Shown: positions 46,577-55,938 of the stretch, in pieces
Layout: each line of letters opens with the position of its first letter
Numbering within the stretch: the first letter of the stretch is position 1
Source of the DNA: Candidatus Latescibacterota bacterium
GTDB lineage: Bacteria; Latescibacterota; UBA2968; UBA8231
Assembly (NCBI GenBank): GCA_965217585.1
Contig: OZ244561.1
Coordinates: 896,001 to 960,000 of the forward strand
Direction: 5' to 3'
DNA: 64,000 nt
The notes under the pieces: generated by a model
Told to the model about the DNA's origin: nothing
Database searches by the model: none
Seen by the model: only the letters and a program-made list of their open reading frames with translations
Made by a program: the position numbers and the translations under genes

Positions 46577-48142
46577 ATGAACTCTGTAGCAAATGTTTTA
46601 CTAGCTCTGTGCCTGTTGTACCCTACCCTGACCTTGGGCGACGAACGCCCTGACCTGCAGCAGATAAAGGATGTAGTACAGCGCTTCTACGAGGCATGGA
46701 ACCAGCAGGACTTCGTCGCCGCCGAAGATCTGATCGGCGAGAGCGTCGTCGAGCTCGATATGCGCAGCCGCCAGGAGCCGCAGACCTGGATTTTGCGCAA
46801 GGTGCAGTCCCGCGAGGAGTTCCTCGACGGGATCGTCGGCGAGTGGACCGGCGGCGACGGTTGGGACTACGACCAAGAAATCCACCAGTACATCAAGCAG
46901 GCGGAGTTTTTCGACGTCTTCCTTTGGGGCAACCGGGCGATGGCCATCACTCAGGAGCATTTGGTAGGCGTGTCTGGTCCCGTAGGCGATGAGCAATACA
47001 GCGCGTGGTTGCTCGACCGGGGGGACGGCGACTGGGAGATCGCCGGCGTCCTCCACCAAGTACCTGCCGAGGAATACAAGACGGTCTCTGTCGAGCCGCG
47101 CGGCGAGCGGCTGCGCGTCCGCATCTTCGTCGATGGCGGCGACGAAGTATTCGCAGACGACGAGGGACTGTGGGTCGAGCACCGTTACGGTGCCCTGCCC
47201 GGGCGGCACGAGGACGGCGACGGCTTTTCGCCCGTCGAGGTCAATGGCGTGCGCTGGCAACCCGTCTGGCAGGGCGACAAAACCCGCAAGGTGTATTTTG
47301 CCGACAAGGTCGCATGGCCTTCCGCCGCGCAGTACCACCTAGTCAAACACGAGGCGCGCGACGTCGCGCAGTTGGAAAGGGAGCCCCAAGCACCCGGCGA
47401 CACCCTCAGCATCGTCTTCGCCGACCAAGATAGCGGTGCCGACTGGTACGATGTGGAAGTGCGCTGGGGAGACGAGACAGCCGGTCCCGGTGCAGGACTG
47501 CCCGAGCCAAGTCCGCCCGGCCGCGAGGACCTGCTCATCGAAGTCCTCTTCAACGGCGAGATCCGCGACACCAGCCCGCATCAGCGCTCGCTCAAAAACG
47601 TCAAAGTAGCATTCACCGAAGACCGCACCGGCGACAAAAATAGCGCCGGTTATTTCGACGGCGAGGCCGTCGTCGATATCGAAGGCTTTTTGCTAGATGG
47701 CCCCTTCAGCGTCTCAATCTGGGCCAAGTACGACGAGATCGAAACGCGCCCATACTGGTGGAACAATTGCATCTGGGCGCAGGACAACGGCGGTGGCGTG
47801 CGCGTCTTCCAGCTCAGCACCCTAGGACGGCGCGTCACCTGGCACCGGATGCGGGACGACGACGACGACCTCCATTCCAAGCTCCTTTTACGCAAGGGGC
47901 GCTGGTATCATTTCGCGGCCGTCTTCGACGGCGATTATCACCGGCTCTTCGTCAATGGCGCGTTGCAGGAGCAGAAGCAAAGCGCGGTCGAAACCTCGCC
48001 CGACCAGCCCATTTACATCGGTGCGAAAAACCTCGACCAGACGGGCTTCTTCTTCACCGGGGCCTTAGACGACGCGCGGCTCTACGGGCGCGTGCTGACA
48101 ACCGCGGAAATCCGCACCCTCTATCAGGGCTTGGCCGAATGA
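46577..48142 (+). CDS. Secreted protein with an N-terminal SnoaL/NTF2-like and a C-terminal LamG-like domain
   Basis: Signal peptide; IKDVVQRFYEAWNQQDF; FSVSIW, RWYHFAAVFDG, LFVNG, IYIGA, FTGALDDARLYGRVL. Confidence 0.8.
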   Translation: MNSVANVLLALCLLYPTLTLGDERPDLQQIKDVVQRFYEAWNQQDFVAAEDLIGESVVELDMRSRQEPQTWILRKVQSREEFLDGIVGEWTGGDGWDYDQEIHQYIKQAEFFDVFLWGNRAMAITQEHLVGVSGPVGDEQYSAWLLDRGDGDWEIAGVLHQVPAEEYKTVSVEPRGERLRVRIFVDGGDEVFADDEGLWVEHRYGALPGRHEDGDGFSPVEVNGVRWQPVWQGDKTRKVYFADKVAWPSAAQYHLVKHEARDVAQLEREPQAPGDTLSIVFADQDSGADWYDVEVRWGDETAGPGAGLPEPSPPGREDLLIEVLFNGEIRDTSPHQRSLKNVKVAFTEDRTGDKNSAGYFDGEAVVDIEGFLLDGPFSVSIWAKYDEIETRPYWWNNCIWAQDNGGGVRVFQLSTLGRRVTWHRMRDDDDDLHSKLLLRKGRWYHFAAVFDGDYHRLFVNGALQEQKQSAVETSPDQPIYIGAKNLDQTGFFFTGALDDARLYGRVLTTAEIRTLYQGLAE

Positions 48143-50079
48143 CCTCTACAGTGAGAAAGACCCGATCCATGCCCAAGATCCGCTTGTTCGCCGGCGTGTT
48201 ACTCCTCCTTGTCGCCAGCGCGGCCCAGAGCGAGGAATGGCCCTATTACGCCGCCGACGCCAAAAGCAGCAAATACACACCCCTATCGCAGATTGACGGC
48301 ACCAACTTCGCCCAATTGCAGGAGGTTTGGCGCTACACGCCCCCCGACAAGGAAATAGCCGAGCGCGAGGATATGTGGACCGATACGAACAAGGGCACCC
48401 CCCTAATGGTCGATGGCGTGCTCTACTACGGGTCGCCTTTCAACATCCTCTGCGCGGTCGATCCCACAAATGGCCAAGAGCTGTGGACCTTTGATCCGAA
48501 AGTCTGGGAGAACTACGATGGTTTTGCGGGCATTTTGCGGGGCATCGCCTACTGGCAAAGCGGCGACAAGAAACGCATCTTCTACGGCACCTCCTCTGAT
48601 CGCCTCTACTCAATCGACATCGAGACCGGCCAGCCCGACCCAGAGTTCGGCGCGGGCGGCTTCGTCGATCTAAGCAAGGGGCTACGCCGCCGCATCGACC
48701 GCAGCCGCTACTGTATCACCTCACCACCGATCGTCTGCCGCGACGTGGTGGTGGTAGGTTCCGCCATCCTCGACTGGCACGACCGGCCTCCCGCCAAGTA
48801 CTCCACCCCCGGCGACGTGCGCGGCTTTGACGCCCACACCGGCGAACAGGTGTGGGTCTTCCAGACGGTGCCGCAGGAGGGCGAGTACGGCAACGACACC
48901 TGGGAAAACGACGCTTGGCAGACCTATGGCCAAGCCAATGTCTGGGCTGCAATGAGTGCCGACGACGAGCTGGGCTATGTGTATCTCCCCGTCAGCAGCA
49001 CCACCCACAATCACTACGGCGGCGAGCGGCCCGGTGCCAATCTCTTCAGCCAGACGCTGGTCTGCCTCAAGGCGGCAACCGGCGAGCGCGTCTGGCATTA
49101 CCAGCTCATCCACCACGGCCTGTGGAACTACGATCCGCCAGCACCGCCGGTCTTGGCCGATATCCAGGTAGAAGGCAAAGCGATCAAAGCTCTAGCCCTA
49201 GTGAGCAAACAGGCCTTCTGCTATGTATTAGACCGCACGACAGGTGAACCAGTCTGGCCGATCAACGAGCGCGAGGTGCCCAAGTCGAAAACCCCGGGCG
49301 AGCAAAGCTGGCCGACCCAGCCCTTTCCCAGCAAGCCCGCGCCCTACGACCGCCAGGGGCTGCAGGAAGACGACCTGATCGACTTTACGCCCGAGTTGCG
49401 AGAAAAGGCGCTGGCGATCCTCGAAAAATACGAGCACGGCCCGCTATTCACCCCACCCAACGAAAAGGGCACGCTGGTATTACCCGGGGGCTTGGGCGGT
49501 TCGGATTGGGGCGGCGCGGCGCTGGTGCCAAAAGAAAACGTGCTCTACGTGCCTTCGCGCACCGACCCCGACATTGTGCGGCTGGAAAAGGTGGAGGGTC
49601 TGCGGGCCTTTTCGGATTACGCCTTCTTCAAGGACGACACAGAATACGTCGATGGCCTACCGCTGACCAAGCCTCCCTACGGCCGGATCACCGCCATCGA
49701 CTTGGACACCGGCGAGCACATCTGGATGAGTCCGGTGGGCAAAGGCCCGGTCAACCACAAAGCCCTGCGCGACCTCGACCTGCCCGCTATGGGCTGGTTC
49801 CACTACAACTACATACTCGCCACCGAGACCGTGCTGGTAGTGGTCTCGCAACCGCCCGATTGGTGGGGAGACCTCAGCGACAATGCTTTTGTCGAACAAG
49901 GGCCTTATCTGCGCGCTTTCGACCTAGATACGGGCGCAGTGCTGGCCGAGATAGAATTCCCCGGCAACCCCAACGGCAGCCCCATCAGCTATATGGCCGA
50001 CGGGCGTCAGTATATCGTCTTTCCAATTAATAACGACGACTGGGTGCCGCAGCTTGTAGCGCTGGCGTTGCCGGAGTGA
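48139..50079 (+). CDS. PQQ-dependent dehydrogenase-like beta-propeller protein (periplasmic)
   Basis: Start at 48139 (ATGA overlap) or 48169; EWPYY..SKYTPLSQI, TPLMVDGVLY, PGDVRGFD, MSADDELG.VYLP, HHGLWNYD, PISYMADGRQYIV. Confidence 0.9.
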   Translation: MTSTVRKTRSMPKIRLFAGVLLLLVASAAQSEEWPYYAADAKSSKYTPLSQIDGTNFAQLQEVWRYTPPDKEIAEREDMWTDTNKGTPLMVDGVLYYGSPFNILCAVDPTNGQELWTFDPKVWENYDGFAGILRGIAYWQSGDKKRIFYGTSSDRLYSIDIETGQPDPEFGAGGFVDLSKGLRRRIDRSRYCITSPPIVCRDVVVVGSAILDWHDRPPAKYSTPGDVRGFDAHTGEQVWVFQTVPQEGEYGNDTWENDAWQTYGQANVWAAMSADDELGYVYLPVSSTTHNHYGGERPGANLFSQTLVCLKAATGERVWHYQLIHHGLWNYDPPAPPVLADIQVEGKAIKALALVSKQAFCYVLDRTTGEPVWPINEREVPKSKTPGEQSWPTQPFPSKPAPYDRQGLQEDDLIDFTPELREKALAILEKYEHGPLFTPPNEKGTLVLPGGLGGSDWGGAALVPKENVLYVPSRTDPDIVRLEKVEGLRAFSDYAFFKDDTEYVDGLPLTKPPYGRITAIDLDTGEHIWMSPVGKGPVNHKALRDLDLPAMGWFHYNYILATETVLVVVSQPPDWWGDLSDNAFVEQGPYLRAFDLDTGAVLAEIEFPGNPNGSPISYMADGRQYIVFPINNDDWVPQLVALALPE

Positions 50080-50097
50080 GGCAGGCGGCAGACTCAT

Positions 50098-51282
50098 TCA
50101 CCCTGCCCCTCTCGCCCCAGCGTCGAGGGCGCGCACTGCAGCAATGGCCTCGGCAATCCACCTGAGATTGCGCCGGGAAATCATACCGTAGTTGTAATAC
50201 GAGAACCGACGCGCCCCCGTTTCGTAAACCGCAGTGATGATATCTCGCATCTGTTCGGCGCTGTCTATGGGATTGTGGCCGTTCAGGCCGCAGATCAACA
50301 TGGACGGATCATCCATGTCGGCTAGGGTCTCCTGCGCCCTTTGGCCGGCCTCCTCTGGCGAGCCGCTGTAGCACAAGACATTGACCTGATCGACGATCTT
50401 TTCGATGGGTTTGCGGTCGATGCCGTTGTTGTAATAATTGCCCATGTATAAAAAGGAAACGGGCATTTTTACGGCCTCTTTCACCTCCGCGGCCAGCGAC
50501 GTCACAGTATCCGCGCGCGTCTTTACGTATTCGTGCACCAAAGGCTCGTCGGCGACAAATTCTTCCACGCTGCGCTCCGGCGGCCCCTCCTCGAAAATGT
50601 CCAAAAGCCATTTTTCCACCTTGCTCTTCAACTCCCCCACATCCATACCCCGACCCTCGGCCCGCTGCGTACACCCAGCGCAAAAACACAGCGACATCAA
50701 CAGCGAGCCTACCTCTCCCAAATCGACCCCCACCTTGGCGTGGTTGCGGAACATGCCAAAGCCCATGTAGTGGAGGGACTCGTACTCGATCATCTGCACA
50801 TCGCAGTTGGTGGCCAAGTCCAAGCTCAAGCCGCGTACGTACTCTCGCACCTCGGGATTGGCCGGGCACAGACAGCCCGGATAGCGGTCCCCGAACACAC
50901 CGAGCAGGGCGCAGTCTGGCTGCTGCCTCGCCATGTAGTGGTTGTGGAGCGGCACGGTCCACGAAATCAGTTCCAAACCGCGCACCCGGCAGGCCTCGGC
51001 GATGATCCGCACCGGATCCTGGTCCCTAGCTATGGGATGCACATGCGGCTTAATCTTGGTGCCCTGGTACAGCTCGCTCTGGGGCTGGAAGTAGATGGCG
51101 TCCTCGTACCCGGAAAAGAGCTTTTTGCCGGGTATATGGGTGCGCAGCGCATCGTAGGTGTGATAGACCGTGGACAGGCTGATCGCATCCAGCCCGACCT
51201 CTTCCTTGAGGAAGCCGATGACGCGGTCCACCCCCTCGTCGATCACATCCCAGGGATAGGTCCACATAGTCGTATGGATCAT
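50098..51282 (-). CDS. Hypothetical glycoside-hydrolase-like TIM-barrel protein
   Basis: WTYPWD, LSTVYH, WTVPLHN, LCPANPEVREY, FSYYNYG; fold assignment is inference. Confidence 0.6.
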   Translation of the reverse strand: MIHTTMWTYPWDVIDEGVDRVIGFLKEEVGLDAISLSTVYHTYDALRTHIPGKKLFSGYEDAIYFQPQSELYQGTKIKPHVHPIARDQDPVRIIAEACRVRGLELISWTVPLHNHYMARQQPDCALLGVFGDRYPGCLCPANPEVREYVRGLSLDLATNCDVQMIEYESLHYMGFGMFRNHAKVGVDLGEVGSLLMSLCFCAGCTQRAEGRGMDVGELKSKVEKWLLDIFEEGPPERSVEEFVADEPLVHEYVKTRADTVTSLAAEVKEAVKMPVSFLYMGNYYNNGIDRKPIEKIVDQVNVLCYSGSPEEAGQRAQETLADMDDPSMLICGLNGHNPIDSAEQMRDIITAVYETGARRFSYYNYGMISRRNLRWIAEAIAAVRALDAGARGAG

Positions 51283-51318
51283 GGTTATATCTCCTTTTTG
51301 CCGAATGGTTAGTAGTGT

Positions 51319-52287
51319 CTATCCTTCTATGTCTGACGAGTCGGGTGCACCAAACCTCAACTCGTACCCGGCGGCTTGCTCCGCCTGCCACACCCGCCAG
51401 TAGCCCCGCAGACACCGGGTGAACTCCCGGGGCCGTTCCAAGTAGATGCGCTCGGCCAGCAGACGCGCCCGGTCCTGCATCCCGGAGCGCACCTCGTCGA
51501 TCCGCCTTTCCAAGGCCCGCAGGGTGGCCGTGGCTCCGGCCCTGGGAAACTCGGCCAGAACCGTGATGCGCAATACGGCTAAGTCGTGATCCTGGCCCAA
51601 CAACTCCCCTAGCTGGTCCAGTTCCTCGGCCAGGGCCTGCATAACCGGCGGCCAGACATTATGTAGTATCTGAGTGTGGTACCACAGGTACTTGACCTGC
51701 TTGCGCCAGTCGTGGAATGCCTCGTCGCTGGGCAGCGCGTAGGCTGCGGCAAAGTCGCGCCGGCCCCGCGTGTATATCCGCTGCACCCCCCCCCGGATCC
51801 CCCTCCAACCTTGGCGCTGCATATTCCAATTTTCCAAGCGCTCGCGGGCCGGCGCGAGAGCGGCGATCACTTCCTGAACGGCCCAATCGCTGCTAGCCGC
51901 CTGGCCATAGGCCCGGTCGCGGCGCTCCACCAGCCACGTCCTCACCCGGACGAACCGGCTCTTCGGCACGTCTTTACCTAGAGATTCCACCAAGCGGTCC
52001 AAAGTCTCGACCAGCACCGTGGCGTCGCGCAGCCCCGAAAGCCGCTGGCCGGCGTCCCGATAGCACTGATTTTCCAAGGCGTACACCTCGTCTCCCAGTT
52101 CGCCGCGGACCAAGCGCACCAAGGCCCGCAGGCGCTTGGTGGCCTTGCGGGCCTCGTGAATGTGCTCATCTCGTTTCCCGCCCTGGCACCCGAGGTGCTC
52201 AAGGGCCTTATCGAGTTGTTCGACGGCCATTCGCTGCACCCCCTCGGGTACGCTCTCACCTTGTCTCAGGCGATATTCTGAAGCCAA
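51319..52287 (-). CDS. CHAD domain protein (putative polyphosphate binding)
   Basis: IHEARKATKRLRALVRL, LSGLRD, FHDWRKQVKYLWY, LGQDHDLAVL. Confidence 0.92.
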   Translation of the reverse strand: MASEYRLRQGESVPEGVQRMAVEQLDKALEHLGCQGGKRDEHIHEARKATKRLRALVRLVRGELGDEVYALENQCYRDAGQRLSGLRDATVLVETLDRLVESLGKDVPKSRFVRVRTWLVERRDRAYGQAASSDWAVQEVIAALAPARERLENWNMQRQGWRGIRGGVQRIYTRGRRDFAAAYALPSDEAFHDWRKQVKYLWYHTQILHNVWPPVMQALAEELDQLGELLGQDHDLAVLRITVLAEFPRAGATATLRALERRIDEVRSGMQDRARLLAERIYLERPREFTRCLRGYWRVWQAEQAAGYELRFGAPDSSDIEG

Positions 52288-52321
52288 TTTATTTTTTATC
52301 CGATAGTAGCGTGCTACCCAA

Positions 52322-52361
52322 TTGTTATATAGAAATCCTTGTTATATAATAGAAATTCTAT
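52322..52361. promoter_or_regulatory. AT-rich divergent regulatory region with a direct repeat and a palindrome
   Basis: TTGTTATATAGAAAT and TTGTTATATAATAGAAAT in tandem; TATAAT at 52345-52350; ATAGAA-A-TTCTAT at 52349-52361. Confidence 0.4.
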
Positions 52362-52441
52362 GGCAATTCGGGAACTTTTTGTTCTAGCAAACCGCACTTT
52401 CAGGGCTTGGGGCCTTGGACGCTTATGGGAGGGAAACTGCG

Positions 52442-53052
52442 ATGAGCAAAATGACTAGATTGATGTGCTTATGGGCGATCTTGGGCTGTGGGGTCGCTTG
52501 GGCCCAGCCGGAGGGCTTTATCGAGGGAACCAACGTGTACATGGGCATGGGGGAGCGCAATCCCCGATGCAAATCGACCGCCTTTCTTTTTTGTGGAGGC
52601 GGACGGTGCCACTCCCATTACGGCCTATGACGTGCCGCGCATTCACTCGGCCATTACTCAGACTATCGAACTGGGCTACAAAGGCGTGGTGGCCGATAAG
52701 GTGGTGGTGGCCGCGGATTTGTACCAGTCCAGGATCGAGAATTTCGTCGGGGCGATTTCAGTGGAGACTCCCACGGTCTTCCTCGATCCGCAGAGTCTGG
52801 GTGCGGCCTTGGGCGAGGGGATTGGTGTTCCAAGCCTTACTCTTGGACTTTGAGCGAGTTTCCTACATCAGCAGCGCAGGCCTTCGGGTTGGCCTGATAA
52901 TGGTTAAGAAATTCAAAGAACCGGGCAAGAAATTTGGCATTTGCTCTCTCTCTGATCCGGTGCGCGAGATTATCGTCGCCAGCGGCTTTGATAAGATCAT
53001 TTCGATTTACGAGTCTCGGGTTGAGGCAATTAGCGAATTCAAGCAGAGTTAA
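52442..53052 (+). pseudogene. Chimeric relic: signal-peptide gene start, TonB-receptor internal fragment, STAS anti-anti-sigma C-terminal fragment
   Basis: Three frames: MSKMTRLMCLWAILGCGVAWAQ (52442); TQTIELGYKG...DLYQSRIENFV (about 52578-52823); LLLDFERVSYISSAGLR...GFDKIISIY (52828-53052). Confidence 0.75.
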
Positions 53053-53105
53053 GCAGAACCCTATTCCAACAACCCCTTCACACAAGGAGTAACGAAGATG
53101 AGCGA

Positions 53106-53134
53106 CATCTGCGTTCATCTGCGTTCATCTGCGG
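53106..53134. repeat. 10-bp tandem repeat (CATCTGCGTT)x2 + CATCTGCGG
   Basis: Read directly; lies just after an orphan AAGGAG/ATG (53098) and just before the SDR stop codon. Confidence 0.75.
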
Positions 53135-53141
53135 ATACCTA

Positions 53142-53873
53142 TCACAACTTCAGCCTCTTAAAAATGCGCTCGGGGATGCTCTTGACCACGAACATGATCC
53201 AGCGCCAAAAAAACGGCGTGTAGAGCACGTCTTTCTTTTGCCGATAGGCACGCACGATCTCGGCGGCCACTCTCTCCGGCGAAGCGACCAAAAAAAGCCC
53301 CTCTAGCCCCTCGGTCATCGGCGTATCGACGAACCCGGGCTTGACGGTCAAAACGTGTACGGATGTCGCGGCCAGCCGGTTGCGCAGCCCTTGCAAGAAA
53401 ATCGCCAGCCCCCCCTTGGCCGCCCCATACGCGTAGTTGCCCTGGCGGCCCCGATCACCGGCCACGGACGAGATGGCAATGATCCCAGCCGGCGTGCCCT
53501 TTTCCTCCAGATAATTAGCCAAATGCGCCAGAGCGATGGCCGCGCCGGTAAAGTTGGCGTTGAGGATGTGAGCTAGCTCATCCGTATCGCACTGCGCGGC
53601 GCGTTCGTCGCCGAGATAGCCGAAGGCGAGGACGACCAAGTCGAAAGGGCCACCGCGCTCGTGAACCTGTTGCGGCAAGCGCGCCAACGCCGCGAAGTCC
53701 AAGGCGTCAAATTCGAACAGCTCCACCTGGCACGAGTGTTTGAGCCGCAAGTCTGCGACAAAAGGCTCCAACTCGCTACACCCGCGAGCGGCCAGCGCGA
53801 AGTCATAGCCGTCGAGGCGCTCGACGATGGCTTGGGCAATCGCCGACTTCGCCCCCAAAATCAAGGCCCTCAC
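53142..53873 (-). CDS. Short-chain dehydrogenase, DprE2-like
   Basis: ILGAKSAIA, ISSVAGDRGRQGNYAYGAAKGG (YxxxK), VKPGFVDTPMT; overlaps the DprE1-like gene. Confidence 0.85.
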   Translation of the reverse strand: MRALILGAKSAIAQAIVERLDGYDFALAARGCSELEPFVADLRLKHSCQVELFEFDALDFAALARLPQQVHERGGPFDLVVLAFGYLGDERAAQCDTDELAHILNANFTGAAIALAHLANYLEEKGTPAGIIAISSVAGDRGRQGNYAYGAAKGGLAIFLQGLRNRLAATSVHVLTVKPGFVDTPMTEGLEGLFLVASPERVAAEIVRAYRQKKDVLYTPFFWRWIMFVVKSIPERIFKRLKL

Positions 53874-55201
53874 GTGATCCCCAAGCGATCGGACAGGCAG
53901 GAGCGGAAGCGGTGCTCGGGGTCGTATTTGCGCTTGACCGCCTTGAATTGTTCCAGTTGCGGATACATGGCGGCGAAATCCTCCCTTTCCAAAATGGCGT
54001 CCTTGGCCAGATAGACGCGGCCTTGGGCCTCGACGATGATTTTGTTCAGTGCGCGCAAGAAGGGGATCGTCCCACAGTCGCGCAAGGGGATGTCCAGCGC
54101 GAGAGTATAACCTGCTATGGGAAAAGAAAGCAGGCCCTCGCTCGGCGGCCCAAACGTCTTGAGCACGGCCAAGGGCGAAGCCACGCCCTGGCGGGCAATG
54201 CGCCCGAGCAGGTCGGCGATCACCTCCGCGCCATCGGCATAGGGCACGGCGATCTGGTATTGCAAAAAGCCCCGGCGGCCGTACAGGCGGTTCCAGCCGC
54301 GGATGGCGTCGAGCGGATAGAAGTACGGATCGTAGTGGACGAGCGAGTCAGTCGCACGGCGCACTTGGCGATGATAGTAGAGCGCGTTAAACACCTTTAG
54401 CGACTTGGCATTGAGCACGCCGCCGGGCAAGAAGAACGGCACGGCCCAGCGGCCCTCGCCGTGGAGCGGAAAGGGCGGCTTGCCCTTGAGATCGCGCGCA
54501 CTGGCGTGTTCCCCCAGCAGCACGCGGCCGCGGCCTAGCTCTCGGCCCGTTTGCAGGCCGTCGATCCACGCGACCGAATAGGTGTACTGATGCTGAGTCT
54601 CCGTGCAAACGCGGCACGTCTCGGCCCAATTCGCCGTCTTAATGGCGCGCTGCCGGATGTAAGCCGATGGCACCTTTTTCAGCCGCAGCGTCGCCGCATA
54701 GATAAATCCCGTCAAGCCCATGCCGCCGAGCGTAGCCCAAAACAGATCGGCGCACTCGTTGCGCGAGCAGCGCACTAGCGAGCCATCGGCCAACACCATG
54801 TCCAGCGATTCGACAAAGGCGGCGATGGAACCCTCGGCATGGTGGTTTTTGCCGTGGACATCCGCGGCAATGCAGCCGCCGAGCGTGGGGAACTTGGTCC
54901 CCGGCGTAACCGGCGGGAAAAAGCCGCGCGGCAGGGCAAAGCGGATGATCTCCGCGAAGGTAATGCCAGCTTGAGCGCGCAAAAGCCCGCGCTGCGGATC
55001 GAAGTCGAGCAGGTGCTTGAGGGGCAGGGTGGAGACGACGCGCTCGTATAGGCAGGCATCGCCGTACGAGCGGCAATTGCCCTGGGGCAAAATCGGGGTC
55101 GCAGCGGCGCGGCAGAGGTCGCTTAGGTAGTGCGCGCGCTGAACCGAGGCGGCGACGAGCGGGTATAGCCCCCAGCCGCTAGTGGCGATTTTTTTGTCCA
55201 A
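53870..55201 (-). CDS. FAD-linked oxidase, DprE1-like (polyprenyl-phosphoribose 2'-oxidase family)
   Basis: RSYGDA, PVTPGTK..TLGG.IAADVHGKNHH, GGMGLTG, YSVAWID, FYPLD..WNRLYG..GFLQYQ, GRVYLAKD. Confidence 0.88.
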   Translation of the reverse strand: MDKKIATSGWGLYPLVAASVQRAHYLSDLCRAAATPILPQGNCRSYGDACLYERVVSTLPLKHLLDFDPQRGLLRAQAGITFAEIIRFALPRGFFPPVTPGTKFPTLGGCIAADVHGKNHHAEGSIAAFVESLDMVLADGSLVRCSRNECADLFWATLGGMGLTGFIYAATLRLKKVPSAYIRQRAIKTANWAETCRVCTETQHQYTYSVAWIDGLQTGRELGRGRVLLGEHASARDLKGKPPFPLHGEGRWAVPFFLPGGVLNAKSLKVFNALYYHRQVRRATDSLVHYDPYFYPLDAIRGWNRLYGRRGFLQYQIAVPYADGAEVIADLLGRIARQGVASPLAVLKTFGPPSEGLLSFPIAGYTLALDIPLRDCGTIPFLRALNKIIVEAQGRVYLAKDAILEREDFAAMYPQLEQFKAVKRKYDPEHRFRSCLSDRLGIT

Positions 55202-55293
55202 TAGCCGAAGTAGGTTGGGTGATTTTTTAAAAAAATGATGGTACGCAGCGTTCAGGCATTGGTGCTTCCTTCGGCTGCGCTCAAGACAGGCTC

Positions 55294-55398
55294 ATACCTA
55301 AAGCACCCGTGCGTAACGTCAGTTGCAAAAAAATATAACCTATCTCCCTTAATACACGACAGTAATCCAATGGACGTTACGCATGGGCCTCTAGGTAT
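55294..55398. mobile_element. MITE-like inverted-repeat element (105 bp)
   Basis: ATACCTAAAGCACCCGTGCGTAACGTC versus the reverse complement of GACGTTACGCATGGGCCTCTAGGTAT; 15-bp core matches 14/15; 52-bp AT-rich centre. Confidence 0.6.
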
Positions 55399-55459
55399 AA
55401 GATGCTGTTCACGCCAGCTATTCACGCCTAAAGGCGCGGTGAAGTCGGCAGGACCAGGC

Positions 55460-55526
55460 GCATGCAAAAGCGCCCGATGCCGAGGAGACATCGGGCGCTT
55501 TGTAGGGGGCGAAGAACGGGGCCTAC
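55460..55526 (-). terminator. 67-bp direct repeat, copy 1 (TAG plus intrinsic terminator hairpin)
   Basis: AAAGCGCCCGATG-CCGAGGAGA-CATCGGGCGCTTT hairpin; 62/67 identical to 55872-55938. Confidence 0.8.
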
Positions 55527-55555
55527 CCGTCAATCCAGCGGCGTTTGGCTTCGAT

Positions 55556-55777
55556 TCATGGCAGATATTTCATGAGAGCCGTCGCGGCTGTGACCGCAAC
55601 TATTGTGATGTAGAGATTGTGCCTCAACCCTTTGTGTAGCTCTGTGCTGAGGTTAGCTATATCCGCCTTAAGCTCGCCTTTGAGTTCGGCAAGATCGGCC
55701 TTAGTCGCCAGATGCTCATAGACCCCCTCAAGTCTGGCTAAACGTTCTTCAGGAGTCAGGGGGGTGGGGGTGGTCAT
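55556..55777 (-). CDS. Small coiled-coil, C-terminally anchored protein (DUF1640/CCDC90-like)
   Basis: RBS GAGGAG and ATG 55777; ERLARLEG.YEHLATKADLAELKGELKADI followed by a hydrophobic tail; 73 aa. Confidence 0.75.
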   Translation of the reverse strand: MTTPTPLTPEERLARLEGVYEHLATKADLAELKGELKADIANLSTELHKGLRHNLYITIVAVTAATALMKYLP

Positions 55778-55871
55778 ATAGCGGTTCTCCTCTGGTGTAT
55801 CACGAAAGTACTGGACAGCATGGGGAGGTGTCAACAGAAACTGGTAAATAGGCAGAACGTTCCTCTCTGTT

Positions 55872-55938
55872 GCATGAAAAAGCGCCCGATGCCGAGGAGA
55901 CATCGGGCGCTTTGCAGGGGTCGAAGGACAGGGCCTAC
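55872..55938 (-). terminator. 67-bp direct repeat, copy 2 (TAG plus intrinsic terminator hairpin)
   Basis: Same hairpin, with a T5 run on the minus strand; directly follows the relic ending LLYLK*. Confidence 0.8.

Noticed and set aside
47758-48138. N-terminal extension of the PQQ ORF in the supplied track
   Set aside because: It overlaps the LamG gene in another frame; the signal peptide starts after 48139-48169.
55460-55938. Hairpin-containing direct repeats as a CRISPR array or integron attC sites
   Set aside because: Only two copies, 67 bp long, separated by a 345-bp gene-bearing interval; no cas or integrase genes and no attC core boxes recognised.
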